DNA from: the human T2T-CHM13v2.0 reference genome, Homo sapiens
Assembly: GCF_009914755.1 (NCBI RefSeq)
Contig: NC_060928.1
DNA: 64,000 nt
Strand: one strand, 5' to 3'
In this document: one piece after another, positions 47,555-62,139 of the stretch
How the letters are laid out: every line of letters starts with the position of its first letter
How positions within the stretch are numbered: position 1 is the first letter of the stretch
Position numbers and translations under genes: made by a program
The notes under the pieces: model-generated
What the model saw: the letters and a program-made list of their open reading frames with translations, nothing else
Databases searched by the model: none
Told to the model about the DNA's origin: nothing

Positions 47555-49849
47555 TTAAAGAAAGGAATATTTTTTGTCCTTTTATGAAACAGTAAATTTT
47601 GATTGAATTATAAATGGATCTACTGACAACTCATTTTAAAATGTATTTCCAATAAGCAAGACATTTTAGAAACTCTGATTTAGCTTTCTTTTATTTGTAT
47701 TTTATGTTTTTTCTGGTTCATGTTTTGCCCCCTATATTGATTATAGCTAATAGCCTAATATTAATATATTTTATTGAGATTAGTTAATATTAATTGAGTG
47801 GCCAAATGATGGATGATTCTGTGCTGAGTGTTTCTGATAAGGCAGTCAAGTATAGAAACATGGATGGTTTTTCATTTAGCTGATTTCACAGCAAAGTGCA
47901 AAAGGAGGATAGGAAATTACATGAGCATTGTTGATTTCTTTATCAAGCACAGACCTTGGAAATGCATAAACTCTATGTATAGTGAGATTTCACTTTTTCT
48001 GAAAAAAGTTGAAAAACAACACTAATAATAAGTAAAATAGAAAAAGAGAATATATAGGAAAACAAAAAAAATGGCTTGTCAAATTGTGTGTCATTTACAT
48101 AGGTGTGTTTGTGTCTTCACATACAAAGAATCCAGGGAAAATAAATGGAAAAAAATTGAATAAATTTAATAATAACAATTTAGTTAGCCTATCTATGTCA
48201 CTTCCGTGTTTATACCAGATGACTCAGAGCCAGTAGTTCTTTCAATTTCAGCAGAAAATAATTATTGGCAGTCCCAAAGTTGGATAAACTGTGACCTGCA
48301 TTGGCTGGTTTGATTAAGGCTGGAAAATAGCAAACTTGATTAAGTGACAAAGACAAGATAATGAGGAAAGTTATTTAGAAAATGTGTTTAGAGATTTGAA
48401 AAGGGACTAAAAGATAGTTTCTCAAGAAAGTGCAAAAGAAGATGAGAAAATTATGAAAAAGAGTCTGGGGCAACATTTTAGGAACTGTAGACAGTGAAAG
48501 CAATTTTATAATGTATGTTAATATTAGCATGATATATAGACGAAAGGTAATCTTCTGATTGGTCTGAGATGAAGTAGTTATGTTAACCCTCAAAAGATGA
48601 TGAAGTGTGAAATTTGAATTCAGATAACTAAGTTTTCAAGTTTTCTCAAAGTATTCCCTGCAGTGGCTGGTGGTCCACAAAGAAAGGAGGGCTTCTCAGC
48701 ATTTTCAGTAGAGGAGGTCATCAGGGTATATTGGGTGAACTCAATACACCTATACACCTCCTGAGCTTTGGGGTTTGAGCCACATCACTGAAGTCTGCAC
48801 TCTGTCATCTGCAAATGGAAGGGACTGCAATAAATAATCTCTAACTCCTCTTCCAGTTCTAAACTCCTATTATGCAAATGACTCTGTCTTTATATTGACT
48901 TTTATGTAAGAGGTACTGAAATGAATAGGAAAAATTGTTTGGTATTTCTTTAAATTTTCTCTATTTTGAATCAATTAGATGGCAGAGGCATTAAAAGAAT
49001 ATAGTTGTGGGTTTGGATTTAATGGGAAAAGACTCAGCCTTTCTCAATATGGACTTTGCAAGCATCCAAATATATACCTGCAAAGTATATGTTCAGAAGT
49101 CCAAATTCATTTCTGGTAATGATTCTTCTAAACTAATCATTATGTAAAAACTTGGCAGAATTGAGTTTGTGTTGGAATTTGCCACATGTCTTTTGCTAAC
49201 CTGATTCCAGCATAAGCATCAAGGATCTGTGTCCCAGTGTTATGACAAAAGTTCATTTCCTGTCTTAAGAATCAGAAAGAGCTTTACTGCTGGTCAGAAA
49301 ACTAGAAAAGGTACCTGACTACCCATCAATTACTAATACCTTAGTAGCCTGGTCCCCTGGGCCACCTCCAAAGAAACATCTGCTGAGTCTCCAGGCCTCG
49401 AATCTCACACTTCACTTTTATGAGCCTTTTCTCTGGGGTCATAAAAGAAAATTTCTCTGAGAAACGTACTTTGCCAAAGTTTATCCCTTGGCTTTGTTGT
49501 AAAGATCCTTTAAATGTGGCAGAGACACCAACAGCCTTTTTAGCTGCCTTTCAATTCTTCTCTGATGCCTAAAACTAGAGAGGCTCAAAGTGAAGTTTTC
49601 AAAGGGAGTCTCCTTAGAGTTCACTGGGACCCTGGAAGCATCTCTCATGCCTTCATTTTGGGAATATCTAAACTTCATTACCTTAATTGACATGCCCAAC
49701 AACCTGATCTTTCATTTTATTCTGTACACTAATTTAACAGATACAATTTAGTCTTTGTTTTCCCAGATTACATTTTTTAGTAGGGGAACTTGAATAATAA
49801 TCACCATGATATGTCAAAAGCTCCTGGTTTCTCAAGGCAGCTCCACAGC

Positions 49850-50045
49850 AGGAGCTCTGTAGTTAGATAGGGTTGGGTTCATTTCCTGTTTCTGCCACTC
49901 ACCAGCTATGGCCAAGGACAAGTTACATGATCGATGTTTCAGATTCTTCTTGTGTAAAAAATACTAAAATACACAAACACACACTCACACACCCTTCCCA
50001 TAAGATTGTTGTGAAGATTAAATAAGATAATGTATGTGATGTCCC
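49850..50045 (+). mobile_element. MIR (degenerate)
   Basis: ctgccactcaccagctatg...gacaagttac...gattgttgtgaagattaaataagataatgtatg. Confidence 0.65.
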
Positions 50046-50060
50046 CAACAGCTCTTTAAA

Positions 50061-50270
50061 GCAGGAGTCAGTCAACAGACCCCATCAAGGACAAGATAGT
50101 AGCTACTTAAGGCTTTGCCAGTCATGTGACCTCCATAGCAGTTACTCAACTGCACAGTTTGAACACAGTAGCCATAGACAGTGCATAAATGAGTGGGTGT
50201 GGTTGTGCTCCAATAAAAGTTTATTTATGGACATAGAAATTTAGGTCTCATATAATGCTCATGTATCACT
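50061..50270. mobile_element. MER58-family hAT element (partial)
   Basis: tactcaactg...gtagccatagacagtgcataaatgagtgggtgtggttgtgctccaataaaa. Confidence 0.7.
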
Positions 50271-50927
50271 GAGCTCCTGGTGTTCTCCTGCATGACAGCT
50301 TAGCTTTGTCTGACCCTCTCAGCCCCGCTCCAGCTTCCGCAGCTCCTCCACCGCCTGAACCGCCTCCATTGATGCATCTGTTCTTGTTCTCCTTGTGTTT
50401 TTTTTTGTTTTTTTTTTTTCTCTTTGCTGTTCTTTCTGTAGCCAGGCCTATACTTCTCCATTAATGTGTTCTTGATTAGGTTTGGTAAGATTCTATCTCC
50501 AGCATTGCATAGATGTCTTAATTTTTCATAGCTGTATAAGTTTCTGGTCCTTTCTCTCAAAGAGCTTGGAAAAATTTCCAAAGGCTGGATTAGAAGAACT
50601 GTGAGAGTCACTAGTGTCTCTTATTCCAGAATCTTCTTTCCAAATATGACAAGTTAGAGTCCAGCCAGTTTGTCTTTCCCCTACCATTCGGTGAGTTCTG
50701 TACTCACAAGGTCACTCCTTCCTTCCCATCAAGGATGAATTGACCTTGGTATCTCCTCATTGCTCAGAAAGGTAATTCAAGTGTTCCACAGGTCAATCCC
50801 AGAGTCACTTCACTTTTGTCAGGAATCCCTGTGTCTCTTACTTTAACTGGACTCTGGGTGACCTATCTTGTTTGCACAAATATCTTAAAGTGAACATGCC
50901 AATTAGTGTCTCACCTCTACCTGCTCA

Positions 50928-51401
<474 letters not shown>

Positions 51402-52379
51402 TCAGATACCACAGGATTTCTATTTAAGTTTGGTTGTTATGAGATTTTGTTTTGTTTTCAAATTTCCACATTGGGAATAATATGAATTAATAAAAAATAG
51501 TGAGTAGTGCAATGGCATAAGGCTTGCTTGATTTATAAAATAGTTTTGGCTTAACGAGTAGAAAATGAGGTTTAAAATTCAACATAGTCACCCAGTTTTT
51601 ATATTCTAATATTTCATTAAAGGAATTAGACATGCAACTTATTATATAATAGAATTAGATAAGATAAAACCAAAATAGAATCTTTCTGCTCTAAGCTGTG
51701 CTGCAAATTCTATAATTTTTTAGTTCAATAAAAAGAACTGTTGACTTAGATATAACTTTCTTGGTATATTCTCTAATGCTCATCAAGTAAAGATTGCTTT
51801 CTATATTTGTAGGATAATGAGCATTGGATATATTATTAGAGTTCCCTTAAACAAGCTTTGATGCATGAAAAAAATGGTTTCATAAGTATAAAACATTAAG
51901 GAATCTTTCTGAGAAGCTAGAATAAAATTGTCAATCATTTATTTAATAACTTATGTCAGCACAATTTTCTTGTAGTATGCAATGAGCATTTACATTTGGT
52001 TGTATGTACCAAAAAAAAATTTTAGGGTTGCTCTGAAGTTATCAAGGAGACACTGATCATTTTTTTCCTGTTATAAAAAGTTGCCTAGAGCTCTAGTAGA
52101 AGAAGCATCACAGCTTTCGTAAGGCAAGTGACTGAAGACTTGATCCAAGACTGGACTTTTATCTTTTTTTAAAAAAATTATGGACCTATGGATGCTAGGC
52201 AAGACCAGGCACTTTATATATATTATTCCAAATTCTTAATTTGAATCTGTTACATCATGACTTTACCATTTTATGTGTGAAATAACAGAATTCATGAAGT
52301 TATGAAACTTGTCCAATGTCACACTACCACCGAGTAGCATTTGTGATAGTCAACATGTATTCCTCCCATACTGGGTAGC

Positions 52380-52595
52380 AGTGCTTTTCTAAGTGCTTTC
52401 TATTTATTGCTTTGTTTAATCTCACAACACATTTATGAGATAGTTGCTATTATTATCCTTATTTTTCAGATGGAGAAAATTGAGGTGAAGTTCAGTTAAG
52501 AACTTCACTAATGTCGCAGAGTTAGCACATGGTAGACGCAGGGAGCAAACACAGGCCATCTGTTCATGTAGCCTAAGCTTTTAACTGCTACGCCA
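52380..52595 (-). mobile_element. MIR
   Basis: tttaatctcacaac...tattattatccttattttcagatggagaaaattgagg. Confidence 0.7.
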
Positions 52596-52733
52596 ACTCC
52601 ACTGCCTCAGGGAACAACTGGGCATGGCACCTACATTTATGTGAACCCAACCCTCCAAATTATGAAGTCTCTGTCATGCTAATTATCTGCATGAGACATG
52701 AGACATCAGGCACTTAAAAACTCACCATTACAG

Positions 52734-53112
<379 letters not shown>

Positions 53113-55089
53113 TTATGTATGTCTCTACATCAAGGATGTAGAGGTTTTACTTTACTTCCAGGCCTTCCTGCCTGACCAAAATTTAAAAGAGGAGAAATTA
53201 TGATGTCATGTAATCATCAAGTTCATTATGTCACCTAAAAGAAATCTATCAATTAGCCCAATTATTTAATCAAGGATTTGTTGTCACTTTAAAAGTTTCA
53301 TCAGATTATTTTACCTAAATTATAATGTACTCTGTGGAGTCTCAGAAAATGTGATCTTGTTGAGTGTTTCTTCCAGGTTGGTAGGTTGGCTTTTCACCTT
53401 ATATGCAAACTTAAATCAAACATTGATTAGTGTAGAAGTATTTCTGATATAACACAGCATAGATGTTCTTGGAAAACCTCATATGCTTCAAAACTGTGCA
53501 CTAAAAATAAAAGGACTTAGGGAAAAAATGTGTTTGAGTGAAATCATTCAATGCTTACGAGCACTAACAAAAGCAAAAAAGAAAAAAAACAAAACAAAAC
53601 AAAATCCCCAAAATATAAAAGTTTAGTTAAAAGATACATTGAATTCTAATGAATACTGCACCTCAGCAATTGTAGGCCTTGACCTAAGGGGAAAAAAGTG
53701 AAAGTAGTTGGTAGGAAAGAACTATAAGACAGCCTTGAGTCTGCTGAGTTATGGAGACAAGAGAAAAATACAGGAAAATTGTCCAACAGTACTTCTACGA
53801 CAGAGCATATGGTCAGACTGGGCTAAGAGGAAGAATGGGGAGCAAAGGGGATCTAGCATGCCTGCATTTTATCCTGACATTATTTCCCTAGCGATAGATG
53901 TGCCTGAGCCAATTGACATTCCTGAAATGTACAGTACTTATTTGAAAACAGATAAAAACAAAATGGCTTTTTACAGAGTAAAAAGGAATTACATTTCTTC
54001 CTTAACTCATTTCATAATCATTACTATATTTTCAGTAAGTATATTTTAAAGTGACTAAGCCTCTGCAAGGAACTATTTTAGCAATGTAACTATGATGAGA
54101 ATCATAGAAAAAGATGCAAGAAATTGTTTTATATATTTTAGGGAAAATTGGTTGAAAAGTTTATCTGATTTCCTCATGATCAGCATGATGCATCATAAGT
54201 AGTGATGATACTTAATTTGAAGATGTTTAACTGCATGTATTCAAATTGTAGTCATCACACGGGAGAGTTTTTAAAATATATTTTAGGATTTATAATCCCA
54301 AAGGTTTTTCTCTTAAATTAGTTATAAAACATTCTGTAAATACTTTGATAAAAACTGAGAAACAAAATGTGAATTTGAATACTTAAAATCTCCCTACTAT
54401 AGAGTTGAGTGTACTGAATTTTGCTATTATTTCAAAGATGCCACAGAATTGCCTCTTAAATCTAATTTTAAAAGATTGTAGATTGCACTCATCTTATTTT
54501 AAATAAAGATTTAATGCAGCTTATTAAACACAATTTGTGTCCAGTACTGTAGTTTTATCAAGGCGGTTGCCACCCGGCGAGTCGGGGGGCAGGGGCACTC
54601 CAATATGATTATTGAAAGTGAGGTTGCCATTGTCTTTAGAGTTGACCTCTCTGTTTTGGGAGAATCATCAGTATGGGCTCTTGAGTTACAAAAATTTAAG
54701 GTAAGCATCCTCCTCTTTAAAAATAGCTTGAGACAGCTCACACTTACATGTAGATGCAGTCCGTTAGGAAGGTGAATGCCCTACTCAGTAATAGAAATTG
54801 GAGTGAACAATTACTGGGCTTTTGAACAAGGAGAAATTGCTTCCCAAAATGAGATTTTAACAGAAGAATTGGAGTAACCTAACTCCCACAAGGTGTTATA
54901 TAATATTAGAAATCCAAGCTCTAGGCTTGGTTAAGATTGAATAACCAGAGTCATGGGAAATGTATTATGGACTATTTTGATTGTGCACTATGGTCCCTAG
55001 AGTTTTTCCTTGGCTGGGATATTGAGAAGTAAAGTCAGAGGAATGTGTCTTCCCTCTGCTTTGGTCCCCACACCCAGTCAGTAGCCCAG

Positions 55090-55752
55090 GCCTGCGGATT
55101 CTCTCTCAGAATTACTTCTGCAATTGATTCATTTTTTCCCCCCAGGGTCCTGTTTTTGCCCAACCCAGATCTACCATCTGTCCTACTCTGACCCATTTTT
55201 CATTCTACATTCCAAATAATCTTCTAAAAATGCAGTCTAATTCACTTACTCTCTTGCTTATTAGTTATTTAGTTGATTGCCCTTAGAATAGAGTATTATC
55301 TTGTTTAATGCGGTTTGTAGAACTCTGCAAAATCCTGACCTCTGCCTATTTTGTCTCTCACCACCATTATCTTGCTCTGTCTTAACCTCATTCATGCCTT
55401 TGCTACACTGGAATTACTTCTGTTCCTAGAACATTGGCTCCCAAGCATGCTGTTCTTTCTGGAACTCTCTTGGCCTGACGCAGCTCAGATGTTTCTGAGA
55501 GGACTAGGTTCAGATCTCTGATTTACATTCCCAGAGCGCTATATCCCTCCCCTTTTTGCAGCAGAGGCCACCCTTGGAACTGATACATCAGAAATAGTTT
55601 TCCTCCTGGATTGTAAGTTCTTGAGAGCAAGGGGTGTTCTTTACACATCACTCTGACCTTGTGTCTAGAAAAATGCCTGGCACAGAGCAAGACCTTCGTA
55701 AATATTTGTTGAATAGGAAGAAAAATGAACAAGTGCATGAATGCGTGAATGA
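55090..55752 (+). mobile_element. L2 3' region
   Basis: gattgtaagttcttgagagcaagg...aatgcctggcacagag...taaatatttgttgaat. Confidence 0.7.
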
Positions 55753-56564
55753 TGTAGAAGACAATCCAGTAATACCAAAGAATCTATTGGAATCAAAATT
55801 ATTAAAAAGAAAATGCAGATGAATGGAGAATTTATGTTAAAAGCCAAAAGAGTCTTGAGCTTTGACTTTTAGGCATCATCAAATTTAATAAAGAGATATC
55901 AGTAACATACTAAAGCAAAAGCCAGATGGTTTTGAACTTAAGAATAAATATGATGTAAGGAAATGAACACAGCCCATAAAGCCAACCTTTCAAAAAGAGT
56001 AACAATAAAGGGAGAATGGTAGTGCTAGAGAGGAATGATGGGATGAAGGAGTCTGAGATTTGTTTGTCTCTTTTTAACTTTGTGGCAGAGAGAATTGGAC
56101 ATGCTCACCAATTTTTCTACTACTTTGTCCTGCTTTCCTGATATACCACAGGGAAAGTTCTATAAACATTTCCTACTACAAAGTGAAAAGAAACCTATTT
56201 TAAAAGACTGGTTTATGGGATTTTATGTAATATTTTTCAATTTTTGAGTAAGGAAAACTTTCTAAGTTTTCAGTCTACCTGAAAATTAAGCCTTTTTCCT
56301 TATTTATGAAAATAGTTGTTACAATTTGTACTGAAGTATACAAACTTTATCCTTACTAAGGCAATTTGCTTTTAAGTTTTCTCCTCCTTTTGGCTACTCT
56401 TAAAAATCTGGACTTTCAAGTTTAATCTTAAAAAGCTCATATCTTTTTAATCACAGATATTGGCATGTCCAGGTACCAGGTATGATGGTAGACATTTGAT
56501 ACAGCTAATTGCTTTTGTGATGGATACATAATTTTTAGGCTTGCCTCTTCCCTGTAACTTTTTT

Positions 56565-57408
56565 CGATTTTTTTATTATTTATTTATTTCAACTTTTATT
56601 TTAAGTTTAGGGGTACAAGTGCAGTTTGTTACATAAGTAAACTTGTGTCATGGGAGTTTGTTGCACAGATTATTTCATCAGCCAGGTTTTAAGCCTAGTA
56701 CCCATTAGTTATTTTTCTTGATCCCCTCCCTCCTTTCACCCTTTACAGTCCAAAAGGCCCCAGTGAGTGTTGTTCCCCTCTATGTGTCCATGCGTTCTCA
56801 TTGTTTAGCTCTCACTTATAAGTGAGAACATGCGGTGTTTGGTTTTCTGTTCCTGGGTTAGTTTGCCCAGGATAATGGCCTCCAGCTCCATCCATCTTCC
56901 TGCAAAGGACATGATCTCATTCTTTTTTATAACTACATATTATTCCATGGTGTATATGTACGACATTTTCTTTATCCAGTTGATCATTGATGGGCAATTA
57001 GGTTGATTCCATGTTTTACTATTGTGAATAGTGTTCCAACAAACATACGTGTGCATGTGTCTTTATAATAGAATGATTTATATTCTTTTGGGTGTATACC
57101 TAGTAGTAGGATTGCTGGGTCAAATGGTATTTCTGTCTTTAGGTCTTTGAGGAATTGCCACACTCTCTTCCACAATGGCTGAAGTAATTTACACTCCCAC
57201 GAAGAGTGTAAATTAAAAAGCATTCCTTTTTCTCCACAACCTTCTCAGCATCTGTTATTTTTTGACTTTGTAATAATAGCCATTCTGACTGGTGTTAGAT
57301 GGTATCTCATTGTGGTTTTTGATTTGCATTTCTCTAATGAGCAGTGATGTTGAGCTTCTTTTCACATGACTGTTGGTCACATGTATGCCTTCTTTTGAAA
57401 AGTGTCTT
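56565..57408 (-). mobile_element. L1PA (older, ~PA13-16-like) 3' end
   Basis: Antisense L1 3' UTR and ORF2 C-terminus (WECKLLQPLWKRVWQFLKDLKTEIPFDPAILLLGIHPKEYKSFYYKDTCTRMF). Confidence 0.92.
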
Positions 57409-57568
57409 TTTCTAACTTTTCATCTGCTCCTTAAGACCTGCTTTTGGAGAAAAGTGTATCAGTGCCAGAGAGTGTGGTAAGGGGTGTTTTCCTTACATGA
57501 TATTGTTACATGTCTACATGATCTTGTTACATGTAGTAAACAAGATGTTCATGCCTAATTGAATTCTA

Positions 57569-57886
<318 letters not shown>

Positions 57887-58285
57887 TTAAATTCTAGAGT
57901 TTAAATGATTGAGGGTTGCCTTACTTGCACAATAATCTGTCCCTGTTATTAATACTAGGCCAGTAGCTGGGTCATTATTCTCACCACGGCAAAGTTAATC
58001 ACTCACTAGTAAAAAGAGAGTGAGCATTAAGTTTATTTGGAGGCTGTTTAATTATCAACTTTTGGAATGAGAAGTACCTCTTCAAGTTTCTGAGAACATA
58101 TTATTCCACTTCTTGCCAAGGCCTGTCGCCAAATTTATTATTTTAATTTATTTGTTTTTCCCTTACCATGTTACTACCATCTCTACAACCAACTATGTAC
58201 TGAATTCACCCACTGACCAAACCATTTCTGAAGTTACTGCTAACGTTACCCATAAAAATCATCACTAGTTTACTTGAGGAACAAT

Positions 58286-58335
58286 CTTTTGCCTGCCAGG
58301 AATATTCTGTATTCTGTATTCCTGGCAGGCAAAAG
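58286..58335. repeat. Perfect 19-bp inverted repeat, 12-nt loop
   Basis: cttttgcctgccaggaata-ttctgtattctg-tattcctggcaggcaaaag. Confidence 0.95.
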
Positions 58336-59052
58336 CAAGACAAACAGGTTTCCAAGGTATCAACACTGCGTGCATCTGCTTCATAGTGTAATTTCATCAG
58401 TTGAGCAGATGAAGAATGCTAATTAGTTTGTTTATACATATGTAATTTAATGAGACTAAACACTTAACTATCTTAAAGTAAGCACAACTTACTTCCTGTT
58501 GGCTGTTTTTGCTTTAATAAAAAACACTGTTCGGCTTATTTCCTGGAAATTATAGTACCGTGCAGTACAGGAAAAGAAATTATTTCAAGGAAGGTTGACT
58601 GGTCAATTGTATTCTACTGCAGCTGGATTCAGTAGGAAGATAAGAATTAAAATATTGGGCTTGGGTACCAGCGTTGAAATCCAATGTGAATGAGAGAGTT
58701 AAGTTTAATGGAAAGATCTATTATAAACTATATTATGGCAAACTTCTAAGTCCAATACTAAAATTCTAATATATACCAGAATAATTCGTTTTAGTAATAA
58801 TTCTATGCCATCCTCAGACCTAACCTATAATCTTCCATTTCTTATTGTCTTCCTTTTGTTTTTATGTACCCTTTTTTGCTAGTTATTGTAGTTAGATTTT
58901 GATATAACTGAAATAGTGGCATTCAGTTAATAAAGCTCTTTTCCCTGAAAATTAATACAAAATAGTGGTACTATTATTTGTATAAATAGTTATTTAGTAT
59001 TATCTATTACACTCTTTTTGATTACTTTGAAGTTGTTCAAAAACTGGATCCC

Positions 59053-59189
59053 AGCCAGGCACAGTGGCTCATGCCTGTAATTCCAGCACTTTGTGAAGCC
59101 AGGGCAGGAGGATTGCTTGAGCCCAGGAGTTACAGACCAGCCTGGGTAACATAGTGAGACCTTTTCTCTACTAATAATAATGAAAAAAA
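59053..59189 (+). mobile_element. Alu monomer (FLAM-like)
   Basis: Left-arm only, ggaggattgcttgagcccaggagtt. Confidence 0.85.
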
Positions 59190-59346
59190 CTCTCCAAGCT
59201 CCCCAACCCCAACCAAAACTGGACCTGCGTAGGCTGTTATTTTTGGAGAGGAGTGACTAGAGGAGATGAGGAAATAACTTTGCTCCTATAGTCAAAATTA
59301 TATTTTAATTAAAATGCTTTAGTTAATATACTCGGTTTTCTACAAC

Positions 59347-59547
59347 CAGGGGTCAGCAAACTACTGGCTATGTTCACAGTCTGCTTTTACAAACAAGGTT
59401 GTATTGGAACACATCTGTGCCCATTCATTTGTATATCATCTCTGGCTGGCTTCACACTGCAATGGTAGGGTTGAATACTTGCAATAAAGACCATGTAACC
59501 TGCAAAGCTGACAGTATCTATTCTCAGGCCCTTTACAGAAAAGGTTA
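59347..59547. mobile_element. MER58A-like hAT MITE
   Basis: caggggtcagcaaacta...ggccctttacagaaaaggtt. Confidence 0.75.
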
Positions 59548-60364
59548 AAGCACTTTTAAAGCTTAAAGCTGATCATTGATTTGAAGCTTAAATCAGAAGA
59601 GAAGTTATTAAACAATAATAGAATTATGTTGAGATGTAGTAAAGACTAAGAAACAAATATTTATTACATTAAGTCCCAAAACAAATGTGGGTAAAATTAT
59701 TAGATATTTAGGTTTTGTAGAACCTAAGTAATCATTCCCCCTATAGCCATATTACCTTTGGACCACTTCAGTAGTCTATTGAGGTAGACCGCTTCCATTC
59801 TGTTCTGGCAGAACAAATTTTCTACTCATAAATGCATAGGATTTTCTTTTGTCCCTTCTTGAAGTTCCATAAATTATATATGAGCATAGATTTTGTTTAT
59901 AACTTTAGGTAACAGAGCCTTGGCAGCTTCTTCTGGCCTGCCAGCATCCATAATCTTCCTCTATACCTAATGTCCCATGACATCCCATGGGGATCAGATA
60001 CTGAATTTAGCTTCCTTGTTTGTCCCAGTTCAGAAAATGAGTTGTTCATTGTTCTAAACTTATTAGATGACTTACATGTGACAATTTACAGGCTGTTGCT
60101 TATGGGAACATATTAAGGGCATTGAGGAGCATAGAAAATAAAAAAAAAAAACCTAATTGAACTTCAACTCTAAAGATTCAAATATAAGGCTGAATCTTGG
60201 ATGTTTCAGATACCACTAGCCAATGAACAGGAAATTATGTTCCTCACTGAATTTTAATATAAATTTGTAAACCATATTTTGAAGATAAAAATCTAAGTTG
60301 ATTAACAAAGCCCGATTGTGTAGAAACTGCTCTAATTTAGTAATATTAGTTTGGAGTTATAGAA

Positions 60365-60580
60365 AACACATTGGCTTTGGAGTCAGCTGAATCTGCATTT
60401 GAACCCTAGTTCAGTCATTCTCTAGCATTTGAAATGAGAGAAAACTACCTAAACTTTTGAGCTTCTCACCCATTGGGGATAATAATACCTGTGTTATGTG
60501 GTTGCTGTGAGGATTAATTGTAAACATAGAGTTCCCAGCACTGTGTCAGGCACATAGTACTTAGTACATGTGGGGATTAG
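60365..60580 (+). mobile_element. MIR
   Basis: ggctttggagtcag...ggggataataatacct...gtgaggattaa...ggcacatagta. Confidence 0.75.
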
Positions 60581-61547
60581 CAAATATGGGTTCTTTTCCA
60601 CTCTTTGTTTTTCTTCCCCAAGAGTAGGAAATAGCTGGTAGACCCAGTTAATCAAGATAATTAGTATTGTTGATGAACTGAATTCACAACTTGACAGTTC
60701 CAGTAACAAATAGCTAATGATAAATGGGTTGTGAATTGTGGGAGAATTTACAACCACAGCATCAACAAAAACAAAAGTACTGGGGGAAATATGCTGGAAT
60801 GGCGATGCTTATGATTTCAGTGGGAAGTGGGGTAGTCTTTGACTCACCGCAGTCTAGATTTGTTTCCAGAGACCCCTGCAAATCCCATGGTATGTTCTTG
60901 GGGATCAGGAGTTCTGATGTTTTTTTCATTTTGATGATAATATTTTTAAATTGCTTTACCATTTAAAGTGATAAAATTTTTCTTTTGCCATAATCATCTT
61001 CATTGAACTTTTTTTCATTGAACTTTTTTTTTCTAAGTTGGTGTTTCAAATCTGAAAACATATACTTGGGGATCATTATACATATTGTTTTGCTTTAGGT
61101 ATTTTTGGAAGCCATTGGTTTTTACTGTTCTGACTTTTCAGAAAGGAGAGCATAATGAGAATGTAGTAGTACAAGCATGAATAAAACATAAACTTAGATG
61201 TGGCTTTTGTCATAAAACCGTGGTGTTCCACTCTTGTGAAATCAAACTGGACCAGATGAGTGTAAAAAATGGAAATCAGTAGTTGATGCTAAGAACATTT
61301 TGGAAAAATATATTTTATTTTAAAAGTTAAAATAGTAAGAGGAAGTATTTTGCTAATATTGTGAAATTCACACATATTAAGTAAAGATCTTTGCCAAATG
61401 TCCTGCTCATTTTATAATTGGCATTTCCAGCAGAATTTTTTTAACTTGAGAATGACATGACTATTGCTTTTGCTCACCTGTCTTTTTCTGTTTTCATCCG
61501 TGCATAAAGTCACTCCTCTTTCTGTTCTGACTTTTTGCTGTCCATAG

Positions 61548-61659
61548 ACATCCCAGTTACCAGTGTCCTTGAATTGATAGTGGCTTCTGTTTGTCAGTCT
61601 CATATAAGAACTACAGCTCATCAGGAGGAGATCGCAGCAGGGTAAGAGACACCAACACC
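61548..61659 (+). other. GUCY1A1: 5'-UTR part (112 nt) of the first coding exon
   Basis: Long polypyrimidine tract and ttctgac branch-like motif ending in tccatag| at 61547; in-frame TGA at 61570-61572 closes the main frame upstream. Confidence 0.88.
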
Positions 61660-61914
61660 ATGTTCTGCACGAAGCTCAAGGATCTCAAGATCACAGGAGA
61701 GTGTCCTTTCTCCTTACTGGCACCAGGTCAAGTTCCTAACGAGTCTTCAGAGGAGGCAGCAGGAAGCTCAGAGAGCTGCAAAGCAACCGTGCCCATCTGT
61801 CAAGACATTCCTGAGAAGAACATACAAGAAAGTCTTCCTCAAAGAAAAACCAGTCGGAGCCGAGTCTATCTTCACACTTTGGCAGAGAGTATTTGCAAAC
61901 TGATTTTCCCAGAG
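61660..61914 (+). CDS. GUCY1A1: Soluble guanylate cyclase subunit alpha-1, first coding exon (codons 1-85, phase 0); gene continues beyond window
   Basis: Translation [85 protein letters not shown] is the recognisable N-terminus of human sGC alpha-1. Start context is aacaccATGt (A at -3) and the exon ends at the strong donor GAG|gtgagt (61915). It contains an RKTS kinase-type motif at residues 62-65. Confidence 0.97.
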
Positions 61915-62139
61915 GTGAGTGCGTGCTCTTTAGATTTTGAAATTGTAATACTTTGAAATTGTAGAAGAATGTTTTTCCAAGGAAAATTTAAACACTTCCT
62001 TTCTCACTTTCAAGGCTACAATAAATGTAGAATATTTTCTTGAAACACATAAAAATATTCTTTTAAAGCAATTGTGTTCTTAAGTTGTGTTTTATCTTAA
62101 AATGTTTATGATCTTGAATTCTTTTCAAAAGAACACTGC

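Noticed and set aside
61591-61659. 23-aa N-terminal extension of GUCY1A1 from a TTG codon in the ORF track
   Set aside because: Near-cognate codon in poor context (T at -3); the ATG at 61660 matches the known N-terminus
61915-61956. ORF read-through [13 protein letters not shown]
   Set aside because: Intron sequence after the consensus donor GAG|gtgagt
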